This document shows, piece by piece, positions 7,515-15,908 of a DNA stretch of 43,046 nt; the stretch's first letter is position 1; each line of letters starts with the position of its first letter. This DNA is from a virus, in the IMG/VR virus record IMGVR_UViG_3300045988_012163, one strand, 5' to 3'. Both the position numbers and the translations under genes were made by a program. The notes beneath the pieces were generated by a model. The model was not told the origin of the DNA, did no database searches, and worked only from the letters and a program-made list of their open reading frames with translations.

Positions 7515-8860
7515 TCTACCTCCGTTCCAAATGCCCCGTTTTCATTCGCAAAACTCCGGTCAATCTCTTCTGCAGCCTTCCGCTTCGCCATGTCCTTGTA
7601 CTGGTCAATGTCGCCGTTGATGGTCAGCAGCTTCTTTGTGATGTACTCGTCATCGTAATACGCCGCGCCCAGCAGAATATTTTGCGTTTCCTCGCTCTTG
7701 TTGATAATCTGATTGCGCGTGTAGCTCGGCTGATCCTCAATGCCTGCCAGACGCAGAATCTCAACAATAAACCGCGTGACCTCGGATTCAAACTTGTCCG
7801 TTTTCAGATCCAGCGGCACATAGCTTGCCTTGATTGCCGTTGCCGTTTGATTGCCCGCGGACACCGCCGCAGCGTCAAAGCTCTGAAAATCTTCATAGAG
7901 CTTCTTTTTCAGCATATCAATGGTGCTGCTCGTGCCCTCATACGGTGCCTCGATGGTCTTGCTCTCCACCTTCGCACCGTCGTCGCCGTTAGCGTGGGCA
8001 ACATGCGTGGTTTTCAAGCGCTCCACAAACTTTGCATCGTCCAGATCATCCATGCCGTTGCAATTAGAAAGCACCCAATAGATCAGGTTGCCCTCGTCCA
8101 CGTTGTTGACCATGTTCGAGGATGCAAGATCGAGCGCGTCGATGGTGTTGCGCTTTCCGGCAATTTCGGATAGGCACCGCTTGTTGTTTTTCAGCGGCAC
8201 GATGGGGAAACTCGGATAATTCCCGCCGTCGTAGATTTCGGTTTCGCCTACCTCGGCCTTGCGGATAACGAGCTTGTAGCTGCGCTTTTCCTGCAATACG
8301 CTCATATCTTTGTTCTTCGGCTGGAAATACTCGGTAAAGCCGTCGATCTCGTACAGCGTCGCTCTCAGGGGCTTATCCTGTGCCACCTGCCAAAACCGGA
8401 TGCCTGCCTTCATTGCACCGTCCTCTTCATCATAGAGGGGGACAAACTCAAGCAGGGAGAACACACGCAAATGCGTCAAATCCCAGAAGCCGAAGGACAC
8501 GCCCGCGATTTTCGCCTCACGCGCCGCATCCATGACTTCCTGATCGAAGTCCGGGCACAGCTTGTTTGGCGTTTCCTTCTCCGCAAAGGTCACACCGTTT
8601 CCCAGCAGATACGAAACCTCCTGATCCACTGCCAGACCGAAGAAGCGGCTGGCCAGCTTATGATTTGCCGTCCACATATCCGTGTGGCTGCGCCCCTGCA
8701 TATCATAGATGATCTTCTCATAGCGGTTAATGGTCGGATTTAGACCGTTATAGTATTCCTCCGCATCCGCCGCCGTTTTATATGCCGGACTCTCGCGGTG
8801 CTCATTGATCGCGCTGCGGATAAACGCCATCCGCGCCTGCTCGTCCTCGCCAACCGCCAC
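7511..8860 (-). CDS. Portal protein (SPP1 gp6-like)
   Basis: 449 aa, downstream of terL. The sequence is typical of SPP1-family portals. The start is uncertain: GTG at 8860 without a good SD, or ATG at 8830. Confidence 0.85.
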   Translation of the reverse strand: MAVGEDEQARMAFIRSAINEHRESPAYKTAADAEEYYNGLNPTINRYEKIIYDMQGRSHTDMWTANHKLASRFFGLAVDQEVSYLLGNGVTFAEKETPNKLCPDFDQEVMDAAREAKIAGVSFGFWDLTHLRVFSLLEFVPLYDEEDGAMKAGIRFWQVAQDKPLRATLYEIDGFTEYFQPKNKDMSVLQEKRSYKLVIRKAEVGETEIYDGGNYPSFPIVPLKNNKRCLSEIAGKRNTIDALDLASSNMVNNVDEGNLIYWVLSNCNGMDDLDDAKFVERLKTTHVAHANGDDGAKVESKTIEAPYEGTSSTIDMLKKKLYEDFQSFDAAAVSAGNQTATAIKASYVPLDLKTDKFESEVTRFIVEILRLAGIEDQPSYTRNQIINKSEETQNILLGAAYYDDEYITKKLLTINGDIDQYKDMAKRKAAEEIDRSFANENGAFGTEVE

Positions 8861-8895
8861 AAGGTCATTATATGTTTTGATAGCCGCTCACCGTC

Positions 8896-10116
8896 CTATC
8901 TGTTCCAAAGTGGTGTATACTCGCGCCGATACGCCTTGTTCTTCAGGACCGTATAAGCAAAATACCGTGTTTCATCCATTGCGTGATCGTTTTCTTTGAT
9001 CGGCCTGTCATCGGCGGATTTTTCGTCCCACCGATACAGGCCAAACTCGCGGATGCAGTCTTTGCAATTTCGGTGTATCTTGATTACGCCGTCCTGCAAA
9101 AACCGCGCCGTAGTCATAATACCGTTGGTTACGTCGTTGTTGGCCTTTCGCACCATATAACCACGCCGCCGCAAAACCTCGATAAACGAGGCGGCAGACG
9201 GGTCAACGATGATGCTTTTAACGTTTGCCTCGCCGATGAGCTTTTTAATTTCGTCGGCGTATTCCTCGTCCGTCTTGTTCTTCTGGTTCTCGCGCCCGGA
9301 ATAGTAATACTCGCGGATGCGCGTGGCCGTCTTGCCATCCCATCGCCACAGCCCTGCGGAAAACGGGTTAAGTGTGCCGTAGTCGCAGGACACATAGTAT
9401 TCTCCCTTTTCCGGCAGCTCGTCCACAATGCAGCTCTCGTCAAACATGGGGTAGATCAGGCCCTCGGCCACTACCCACAAGCCGCGAATGTATCGGTCGT
9501 AGAACACGCCGGAAAACATTGCCTGATAGCGTTCCAGCGTCTTTTGAGATAAGCCGGGGTTGTCCGTCATTTCAAAATGCAGATACAGCGCGTTTCGCTC
9601 CTTGTTCCGCTGTATCCACTCTGTATAAAACCAGTGCTGTGGACTTCCCGGGTTGCAAGAAAACCACAGCTTTGCGCCGTCAACGGAGCAGCGGGTCAAG
9701 GCCTGTTCCACAAACGAACGCGGCATAAGCACCACCTCGTCCAGCAGCACCCCCGCCAGCGTGCGGCCTTGTATCAGCGTATAGCTGGCCTCGTCCTTTC
9801 CTCCGAACACCTCGAAGTAATTCGTCACGGCACCGCGCCGCACTTCCATAACCTTGTCGCCGCGCCGCCAGCGGATGATATAGCGCTCCTTTGCCAAACT
9901 CATCGCCGTAAACGGCACGATGATGTTCTTGGTGCAGCTATCCACCGTGCGTCCACACACGCCGAAACGCTGACCGCTGAAATTCTCCATCGCCCAGTGG
10001 ACGAACGCCCACATCATGATGGAGGTCTTGCCGGAACGCACGGCGCCGTCGCAGATCAGCGCGTCATACTTGGAATAGGAAAAAGCAAGGATTTTTGCTT
10101 GTTTTGGGCTAATCAT
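8896..10116 (-). CDS. terL: Terminase large subunit
   Basis: Walker A CDGAVRSGKT. The C-terminal nuclease-type region ends ...HAMDETRYF. Likely start MISPKQ at 10116, overlapping the methylase stop (ATGATTAG). Confidence 0.9.
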   Translation of the reverse strand: MISPKQAKILAFSYSKYDALICDGAVRSGKTSIMMWAFVHWAMENFSGQRFGVCGRTVDSCTKNIIVPFTAMSLAKERYIIRWRRGDKVMEVRRGAVTNYFEVFGGKDEASYTLIQGRTLAGVLLDEVVLMPRSFVEQALTRCSVDGAKLWFSCNPGSPQHWFYTEWIQRNKERNALYLHFEMTDNPGLSQKTLERYQAMFSGVFYDRYIRGLWVVAEGLIYPMFDESCIVDELPEKGEYYVSCDYGTLNPFSAGLWRWDGKTATRIREYYYSGRENQKNKTDEEYADEIKKLIGEANVKSIIVDPSAASFIEVLRRRGYMVRKANNDVTNGIMTTARFLQDGVIKIHRNCKDCIREFGLYRWDEKSADDRPIKENDHAMDETRYFAYTVLKNKAYRREYTPLWNR

Positions 10117-10540
10117 GTGGCATAAATACAACTACCATAGACGGAAATGGAGCAGAATTTTTACTTCCGCCAAATTTTAATCGTCCCCTAATAAACCGAA
10201 TTTCCACATTGTTTCTTTTGTATATGTAATCGTGGAACCATTTTGTATCTGTTCTGGCAGGAAGTAGCATTACGACGGTAGACCCGCTAACGGATGCAAA
10301 TAACGCTCTCCTCACCCATTGCCCGATGCCACGCCCATATGGAGGATTGCACCACACGGTTCCTTTCCACGGATGTTTCAGTCCGTCTTGTTCCTTCGTA
10401 TAGAACTTGTCGCACTTTGCATTTTCTGGAGTTGCACACACATCAAGTGTAAATTGAAATTCATTATTCAGTTTATCAAACAAATCTTGTGGCGTTTCCC
10501 ATAAGTCTGTTTTACTGGAAAACATTAATTCTGTATTCAT
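10109..10540 (-). CDS. Phage Dam-like N6-adenine DNA methyltransferase (copy 1), wedged between terS and terL
   Basis: NPPY motif (WCNPPYGRGIGQW), DVCATPENAKC, LPARTDTKWFHD. Paralog of 16107..16553. ATGA overlap with the terS stop. AT-rich codon usage. Confidence 0.8.
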   Translation of the reverse strand: MNTELMFSSKTDLWETPQDLFDKLNNEFQFTLDVCATPENAKCDKFYTKEQDGLKHPWKGTVWCNPPYGRGIGQWVRRALFASVSGSTVVMLLPARTDTKWFHDYIYKRNNVEIRFIRGRLKFGGSKNSAPFPSMVVVFMPHD

Positions 10541-10959
10541 GTGTCGCTCTCCAACTCCTCCGCCATCTCTCTCAGGCTCTTGCTGAGTTCGTCCTCTTTG
10601 CCATTATCAGACGGCCCGCCGCTTATCATCGCCCACTTGTCGATCAGCGTCCCCATCGCCGTTGTGATTTGACTGAGATTCGCCGCCGCCAGCTTTTCGG
10701 GGTCGTTGAGCATTTCAAGCCCCTTACCGATGAACGAACACACCATGTCTTTGTGCTTGTCCATGTACGCTAATACATCGGCGGTGTTCTCTTCCTTTTT
10801 TTTCTCACACTTTTCCACAATGTCGGCATTCGCCCGCACAAGGTTCTTGACCGTCGTTGCGGACACGCCGTTGATTTTCGCTGTGGCGCAATAGTTATTC
10901 GTCTGCACATAGTCCGCCAGTATTTTCTTTTTCTGCCGGTCTGTCAGACGCGCAGCCAT
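10537..10959 (-). CDS. terS: Terminase small subunit
   Basis: N-terminal HTH-like LTDRQKKKILADYVQTNNYCATAKINGVSATTVKNL. ATG at 10959 lies 6 nt after GAGGTG. Sits upstream of terL. Confidence 0.7.
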   Translation of the reverse strand: MAARLTDRQKKKILADYVQTNNYCATAKINGVSATTVKNLVRANADIVEKCEKKKEENTADVLAYMDKHKDMVCSFIGKGLEMLNDPEKLAAANLSQITTAMGTLIDKWAMISGGPSDNGKEDELSKSLREMAEELESDT

Positions 10960-10968
10960 TGTCACCAC

Positions 10969-11445
10969 CTCGCCGCTTTTATTTGCTACCAGCCCCCTCC
11001 CCTTGGCCTTACATAGCAGATTTTACCCGCCCCGGGGGGCTACAACGTGCCGCACTCTCAGGGCAGCGGCTCTCCTCTTTTGGTGCAGATGGTGAGGATT
11101 TGCACCTCACACGCCCTCTTTTGCGCTTCGCCTCCGGATGCTCCACGCGGTTCGCAGGGCTGAACCACTTTCGTCTACTATTCCGACACATCTGCATATG
11201 TCCCCGCTGGGCCACATCGTTGAGAGGTGCGCGGGGTTCTGTGCCGCATGAGAGGTGCGACCTCTCGGCCCTGATCGTGGGCTGCATCGTGCGTGCGGCA
11301 TATCGCGGGGGCGGGTGAAAAGATGAAAAGCACCGCGCCCCGCTATGGCGCAGGAGGTAAACGCCATAAATGAGAGGACCGCAAAGGCTTTTACACCTCT
11401 GCGATCCTATTATCTCATAAGCAAATGGCTTTTTAAGTCCAACTT
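10969..11445 (-). other. 477-bp non-coding, hairpin-dense region (pac/cos region and/or structured RNA)
   Basis: Only R/P/S-rich spurious ORFs are present. Hairpins at 11092..11110, 11250..11266 and 11344..11368. The 11-mer TGAGAGGTGCG is repeated at 11221 and 11249. Lies between the late regulator and terS. Confidence 0.5.
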
Positions 11446-11757
11446 TTAATCATCGAGCAGCCCGTAGTTCCGCGCGACGCACTTGATAAAATCGGTATGC
11501 CAGCGTCTCGCCGTCCGGTCGGAACAGTTGACCGCCATCGCTGCGCCTTCAAGCGTGTGGGTCTTTTCCCAGAACACGAGGCGGATAAATTTCAATCGCT
11601 CTTCGCCGTCTTGCATTGACTTTGTTTCGCTCACCGCTTTTCGCACAGCGTTGTTTTCTAACCAAGACACTCCATGCAGCTCCTGCTCTCGGTCGGGGGC
11701 ATAGCGGCGGATAATGGCTTTTACATAGCCCCACCAGCTGTAACGAGGTTTACTCAT
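11446..11757 (-). CDS. RinA/ArpU-type late transcriptional regulator
   Basis: 103 aa. LKFIRLVFWEKTHTLEGAAMAVNCSDRTARRWHTDFIKCVA resembles a sigma region-4-like HTH. It is the last gene before the packaging module. Confidence 0.6.
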   Translation of the reverse strand: MSKPRYSWWGYVKAIIRRYAPDREQELHGVSWLENNAVRKAVSETKSMQDGEERLKFIRLVFWEKTHTLEGAAMAVNCSDRTARRWHTDFIKCVARNYGLLDD

Positions 11758-12145
11758 GGCGCGCCACCTTTCTCTTCACCCACGCCCACAGGTTTTTCCA
11801 CGGGTGGCCTTCTGCGTAATTTGCGCGCTGCTCAGCATTGCTCCATTTCTGGTGCATATAATCGCGTTCTTCTTCAACATGCCGGCAGCCAACCGTCACT
11901 CTCGATACTTCTGCATTCGCCCGCCCAAGTGCTGCCTCAGTGTCAGCAAGCTTGTTTCGCAGGCCGTCCGCGGCTGCTTTCAGCTTTGCGATCACATTCT
12001 CGCGGGTGATGGCCTCACCGTTCATTTGGCTGATCTGCACAGTCAGTGCGGCGTTTACCCGCCTTAACTTCTGCACTTCCGCCTGCGCGTCCTCCACCAT
12101 CTTCGCCATCTGTTCTTTGGTGTACTTCTTGATGTTGATGCTCAT
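11750..12145 (-). CDS. Coiled-coil hypothetical protein
   Basis: 131 aa with heptad-rich sequence. ATGA overlap with the upstream gene. Confidence 0.5.
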   Translation of the reverse strand: MSINIKKYTKEQMAKMVEDAQAEVQKLRRVNAALTVQISQMNGEAITRENVIAKLKAAADGLRNKLADTEAALGRANAEVSRVTVGCRHVEEERDYMHQKWSNAEQRANYAEGHPWKNLWAWVKRKVARHE

Positions 12146-12609
12146 TCGGCCACCGCTTCCCCGACGATCATCCAGTCATCAGCCAGCATGTCGGCCTGCG
12201 AGGCCAACCATCCGAGCTGTACGCCGGACGTGCCGACAAAGGCAAGCGCTTTGTTTCCGATGGCCTCGTGCTTGGCATTAATTACCTCGTGCGCGGCGTT
12301 CTCGTAGCTGATACGCTCCGCAAGCTCGACGTACTGGTTCTTACCGTTCCAGCCGCGGCGTGCGATCTTCATTCCTTTCTTCGCCGCCTCGATAGCAAGT
12401 CCAAAGCTCAGCCCGTCAGTCGGTCGATACGCCTCTTCAAAAACCTGCTTCGGGCTGAAAGATTCGTATCCGTCAGGATAGCGGACTTTGTAGCCGTCTT
12501 CCTCAGGATCCATGCTTCTCGGGATGGGCTGGGTCTTCTCGTAAACTTTGCCACCCTTGCGGATAGCCGGTGCTGCCTCGATAAGTTTCGTTCCGATGTA
12601 CTTTTTCAT
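12142..12609 (-). CDS. DUF2829 (Tad2-like) protein with N-terminal extension
   Basis: FGLAIEAAKKGMKIARRGWNGKNQYVEL ... GWLASQADMLADDWMIV matches the DUF2829 signature as I recall it. Confidence 0.65.
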   Translation of the reverse strand: MKKYIGTKLIEAAPAIRKGGKVYEKTQPIPRSMDPEEDGYKVRYPDGYESFSPKQVFEEAYRPTDGLSFGLAIEAAKKGMKIARRGWNGKNQYVELAERISYENAAHEVINAKHEAIGNKALAFVGTSGVQLGWLASQADMLADDWMIVGEAVAE

Positions 12610-12641
12610 AGCAAAATTCCTTTCTTTTTCGCCCGCAGGCG

Positions 12642-12794
12642 TTATTTCATTCGTAGCTGTTCTTCTCGCCCCCGGTCGCTTACGATGCTCACGACCTTCA
12701 CGTCGCCGTATCGCTCAATGTCCATGGCGATGCGCTCCTTGATGCCCTGCGCGTCAGCAGCGGGGACGTTGGCTTTAATCGTGATTGTCAGCAT
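12642..12794 (-). CDS. Small hypothetical protein (50 aa, below cutoff)
   Basis: MLTITIKANVPAADAQGIKERIAMDIERYGDVKVVSIVSDRGREEQLRMK. RBS GGAGGG. Confidence 0.45.
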   Translation of the reverse strand: MLTITIKANVPAADAQGIKERIAMDIERYGDVKVVSIVSDRGREEQLRMK

Positions 12795-13113
12795 TTGCGC
12801 CCTCCTTTCCGTCCATCTTCGCGCCGCATGCAGGACAGTAATTGGTAAATTTAGCGATCAGGTTATATCCCCGTTTGCACTCTGGGCAGATAATAATTCC
12901 ACTCTCATCTTCAATCCACTGTGCATGCACCACCGGCGCAACGTCAGCGCTTGGTATATTTTCTAGAGCATCAATAATCGCATCCCAAGCGTCATACTTC
13001 TCCCTGTCGGAGCCATAAACATAACCTCTTCCGTATCGTCCGACGGGGCATAGTTCTTTTTGCTTTTCTTCAATTATTGCAATCGCCGCTTCTCGCTCAA
13101 TGTATTCAACCAT
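12775..13113 (-). CDS. Hypothetical zinc-ribbon protein
   Basis: 112 aa with C-terminal CPECK...CPACG. Confidence 0.5.
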   Translation of the reverse strand: MVEYIEREAAIAIIEEKQKELCPVGRYGRGYVYGSDREKYDAWDAIIDALENIPSADVAPVVHAQWIEDESGIIICPECKRGYNLIAKFTNYCPACGAKMDGKEGANADNHD

Positions 13114-13282
13114 TGTCTACCCTCCTGTTCCATGCTTCGATTGCTAATAGATAATTCAAAAACCAATGTGTTCTCGGTTCGATTGGACAGTCTCTATTTG
13201 GGCAGCATGCCCGAAAGCAGTGACCGTTTCTCTGCATAACGCCCTTGGCTCCGCAAAACGGGCAAGGTTTTAATTCAAACAT
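13106..13282 (-). CDS. Lar-family restriction-alleviation-like protein (58 aa, below cutoff)
   Basis: MFELKPCPFCGAKGVMQRNGHCFRACCPNRDCPIEPRTHWFLNYLLAIEAWNRRVDNG. The pattern KPCPFCG...AIEAWNRR is the Lar-family hallmark. Overlapping stop/start codons on both sides. Confidence 0.55.
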   Translation of the reverse strand: MFELKPCPFCGAKGVMQRNGHCFRACCPNRDCPIEPRTHWFLNYLLAIEAWNRRVDNG

Positions 13283-13781
13283 CTTCCATCACCTCCACAT
13301 AGCACCAGCTCTGCGGCGCGCGCTTGATGTCATATGGCGCTGCGCCGAATCTCGTATTGCGTAGTCCGGTAAACTCGCTCAGTTCGCGCGGCGTGTCGTA
13401 GATTTTCAGGTTGGAGATATGCCAGCCGTAACCGACATTTTCGCCGAGGTAGTTTCTGAACTCTTCTGAGGTTAAACAAGTATCTTTGAGCCGATTGTCG
13501 AGCTGCTTCCCGCTATCGTCCCAAAATCCGCAGATGTTCACACGGGTAATTGCGTCGCAGGTAAACTCCCCGATGACCTTGCCGCCGCCGTAAAACTGTG
13601 GCCTTGGATAGTCCGTCGCAATGAAGTCCTCGTGCGGATATTTTGGCAGCGTGCAGTAGATATAGCACTTAAACGGCGGGTTCAGCTTTGGCCGCGTCTT
13701 GCGCACCTCAATCGTCTTTTCGCCGTTGGCAATCTTTTCGCACCAATTCGGGCGAATGCTCAGCATAACAGCCTTACTCAT
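13275..13781 (-). CDS. ASCH (PUA-like) domain protein
   Basis: 168 aa. The N-terminus MLSIRPNWCEKIANGEKTIEVRKTRP is typical of ASCH domains. Confidence 0.6.
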   Translation of the reverse strand: MSKAVMLSIRPNWCEKIANGEKTIEVRKTRPKLNPPFKCYIYCTLPKYPHEDFIATDYPRPQFYGGGKVIGEFTCDAITRVNICGFWDDSGKQLDNRLKDTCLTSEEFRNYLGENVGYGWHISNLKIYDTPRELSEFTGLRNTRFGAAPYDIKRAPQSWCYVEVMEDV

Positions 13782-14373
13782 CCTTCATCGCCCCCAATGC
13801 TTTCTCCGCCTCTTCGCGGGTGAGGAACCTGAATGAATGTCCGCCGGTTGTTTTTCGATTCCCTTTGCAAACGGCAGAAACTTTTGTATCGTGTACCCCT
13901 ACGCTTTTAGCTGCTTCTTTCACGCTATGGAAGATTGCCCCATCATCTCGAATTACAGGCTTTTCCCACTTGTATGGCTCCATGTCAACTTGGATTTTGC
14001 GTTTTATTCTCATCCATACCGCTGATTCGCTGATTCCGATGCGCCTGCTTGCTTCAGCCAGAGTTACCATTTCTCCGTTACACTCAACCATTACGTTTGA
14101 ACGCTTATTTGACTGTTGCTCTGTCATAGTAGCCCATCTGCAATTCTCGGGTTCATATCCCCTATTGACATCTATCCTATCGATAGTCAGCCCTTTTTCG
14201 TACCCGTTCAAAACTCCCCATTCAAAAAACGAATCAGGGTTTGAAAGCCACTCTTCGCAAATTCCGATTCCTCTCGCGCCGTAATTCTTATATTCAGAGT
14301 TTTTCGGATTGTAGCATCGCTGCTTCATCCCGTTATATTTGCGAGCAAGAGTTCTTCTAATATCTCTATCCAT
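13774..14373 (-). CDS. Homing-endonuclease-like DNA-binding protein with NUMOD1/IENR1-type C-terminal HTH modules
   Basis: YNGMKQRCYNPKNSEYKNYGARGIGICEEW, LTIDRIDVNRGYEPENCRWAT and FHSVKEAAKSVGVHDTKVSAVCKGNRKTTGGHSFRF. AT-rich. Paralog of 28873..29538. Start ATG at 14373. Confidence 0.5.
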   Translation of the reverse strand: MDRDIRRTLARKYNGMKQRCYNPKNSEYKNYGARGIGICEEWLSNPDSFFEWGVLNGYEKGLTIDRIDVNRGYEPENCRWATMTEQQSNKRSNVMVECNGEMVTLAEASRRIGISESAVWMRIKRKIQVDMEPYKWEKPVIRDDGAIFHSVKEAAKSVGVHDTKVSAVCKGNRKTTGGHSFRFLTREEAEKALGAMKDE

Positions 14374-14686
14374 GATTTTCCCCTTTTTCAAGCACCACCA
14401 GCCGCCCGCCCTTGTCGGCCTCGGCCAGCTCGCGCAGGCGGTCATAGTTGCCGATGCTGTTAAGAACTCGCATCATGGCGGTCCATTCACCCCATAAGCT
14501 GCGCACCTCTCCCGGTGTCAGCCGCGTGTCCTCGTAGTCGGCAAGGCGGCTCCACGCCGCTTCTTCCCACTTGCAATTCATGGCGCAGTTCCCGCCAACT
14601 TCGAGGCATTCGGGACCGCGAAAATGTGTGCAGCAGATACCGTTTTCGTGCGATGTTTGCTTGCTATGTTTTGTCAGTCGTTCCAT
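14366..14686 (-). CDS. Cys-rich hypothetical protein
   Basis: Start MERLTKH at 14686 (TGATG overlap). ICCTHFRGPECLEVGGNCAMNCKWEE. Confidence 0.5.
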   Translation of the reverse strand: MERLTKHSKQTSHENGICCTHFRGPECLEVGGNCAMNCKWEEAAWSRLADYEDTRLTPGEVRSLWGEWTAMMRVLNSIGNYDRLRELAEADKGGRLVVLEKGENHG

Positions 14687-15051
14687 CACTCTACCTCCTG
14701 CATCCAGAACTCTCGGCGGCATTCAACACATAATCCTCTGTTCTCGCAATCTTCTACAGATCCACCATGAATCAACCCAGCACATAGCTGACACGGCGCG
14801 ACCTCTGGCAATTCGTCATCGCTAATAATAGCATCTGGACACTGCTCCAGAAACACGCTCTGCCGCGTCTTGCGCGGGTGCTCCTTCGACCACTGCTCAA
14901 CGGCAGCGATAACCTTTTCGCAAGAATCATCTGCACAAAAGTCAGCTGTCCAACAACCCATATTTTCCAAAGGGCACTCTTTGCATTCGGCCTTTTCAAA
15001 GTAAACTTCGCACAGCCGTTTACGCTCTTTCAAAAACTCTAAAGCGTCCAT
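14686..15051 (-). CDS. Cys-rich hypothetical protein
   Basis: 121 aa with several CxxC-like pairs (CKECP, CQLC, CVEC). Confidence 0.5.
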   Translation of the reverse strand: MDALEFLKERKRLCEVYFEKAECKECPLENMGCWTADFCADDSCEKVIAAVEQWSKEHPRKTRQSVFLEQCPDAIISDDELPEVAPCQLCAGLIHGGSVEDCENRGLCVECRREFWMQEVE

Positions 15052-15606
15052 TTATGCCTCCATCCTATCGATCACTTTTCGAATCACATCGCCGCCGTAA
15101 GCATCTTTTGTCAGCTCCAAAAACTCCGCAAGCGTCATCATACCGTGCTCAAGGTCAACACCGTGGTCTTTGGCAAACTGCTTTCGCCCCATGTCGCATG
15201 AACCGGTCAATCGGTGGTGCCAGTCGTAAAAGTACTGCGTCGGATACGGTTTTTCGTTGTCTGTTTCGCGCAGGAACGCATCAATGCGTTCATCTTCCGG
15301 CATATCCTCAAACAGCTTATCTCGAAGATCCTCCATTGCTCCGCGCAGCGTTTCGCCGTGTGCGAAAAGATTGTCCTGCTTGACGATGTAGCACGGCGTG
15401 AGCGTCAAATCGCCGTTCAAGATTGCCCCGTGTGCGGTGTTGCCGCGCACGGAACGAATCAGCGTATTGACGCCGTCGATTTGATAGACCGCTTTCCCAT
15501 TGAAGTTTTTAACGCCGGAGCCGTCGCCGGAGCCGGAGCCGTAGCCGTCGCCGAAGTGCACTGACAGGAATGCCTTGACCTTATCATCAAGCGTCATCTC
15601 TTCCAC
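15052..15606 (-). CDS. Hypothetical protein
   Basis: 184 aa ORF in operon phase. Contains a GDGYGSGSGDGSG linker. Confidence 0.5.
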   Translation of the reverse strand: MEEMTLDDKVKAFLSVHFGDGYGSGSGDGSGVKNFNGKAVYQIDGVNTLIRSVRGNTAHGAILNGDLTLTPCYIVKQDNLFAHGETLRGAMEDLRDKLFEDMPEDERIDAFLRETDNEKPYPTQYFYDWHHRLTGSCDMGRKQFAKDHGVDLEHGMMTLAEFLELTKDAYGGDVIRKVIDRMEA

Positions 15607-15884
15607 TCCTTTACGCCGCGAAGCGATACCGATGCGTCATCTGTGCAAGGGATAATCTGGATTGCCCCAAGTACGGTCATTTCTGGAATCGTCACGGTAA
15701 AACGGCAGTTGCCCGGTGCTTTTGTGCCGTCCTGCGCCAGCTGCTCCACGGCACAGGCACCGTCCCAGCTCCACAGCTTGCGAACCTCAGTCATGGTAAC
15801 CTCGGAGCCGTTGCGCTCCTTGATCTTGCCGAAAAACACGCCTGCGCGGTCGCAGCGAACGATATAGTCCTGATTGTTATTCAT
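15594..15884 (-). CDS. Hypothetical protein
   Basis: 96 aa ORF in operon phase. Confidence 0.5.
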   Translation of the reverse strand: MNNNQDYIVRCDRAGVFFGKIKERNGSEVTMTEVRKLWSWDGACAVEQLAQDGTKAPGNCRFTVTIPEMTVLGAIQIIPCTDDASVSLRGVKEWKR

Positions 15885-15908
15885 GGTAAAAATTCCTCCT
15901 GATTTTTA

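Noticed and set aside
10959-11367. ORFs of 86-119 aa on both strands in the terS-upstream gap.
   Set aside because: Their R/P/S/G/C-rich composition, lack of an RBS and mutual overlap argue against coding. The region is better explained as structured non-coding DNA or RNA.
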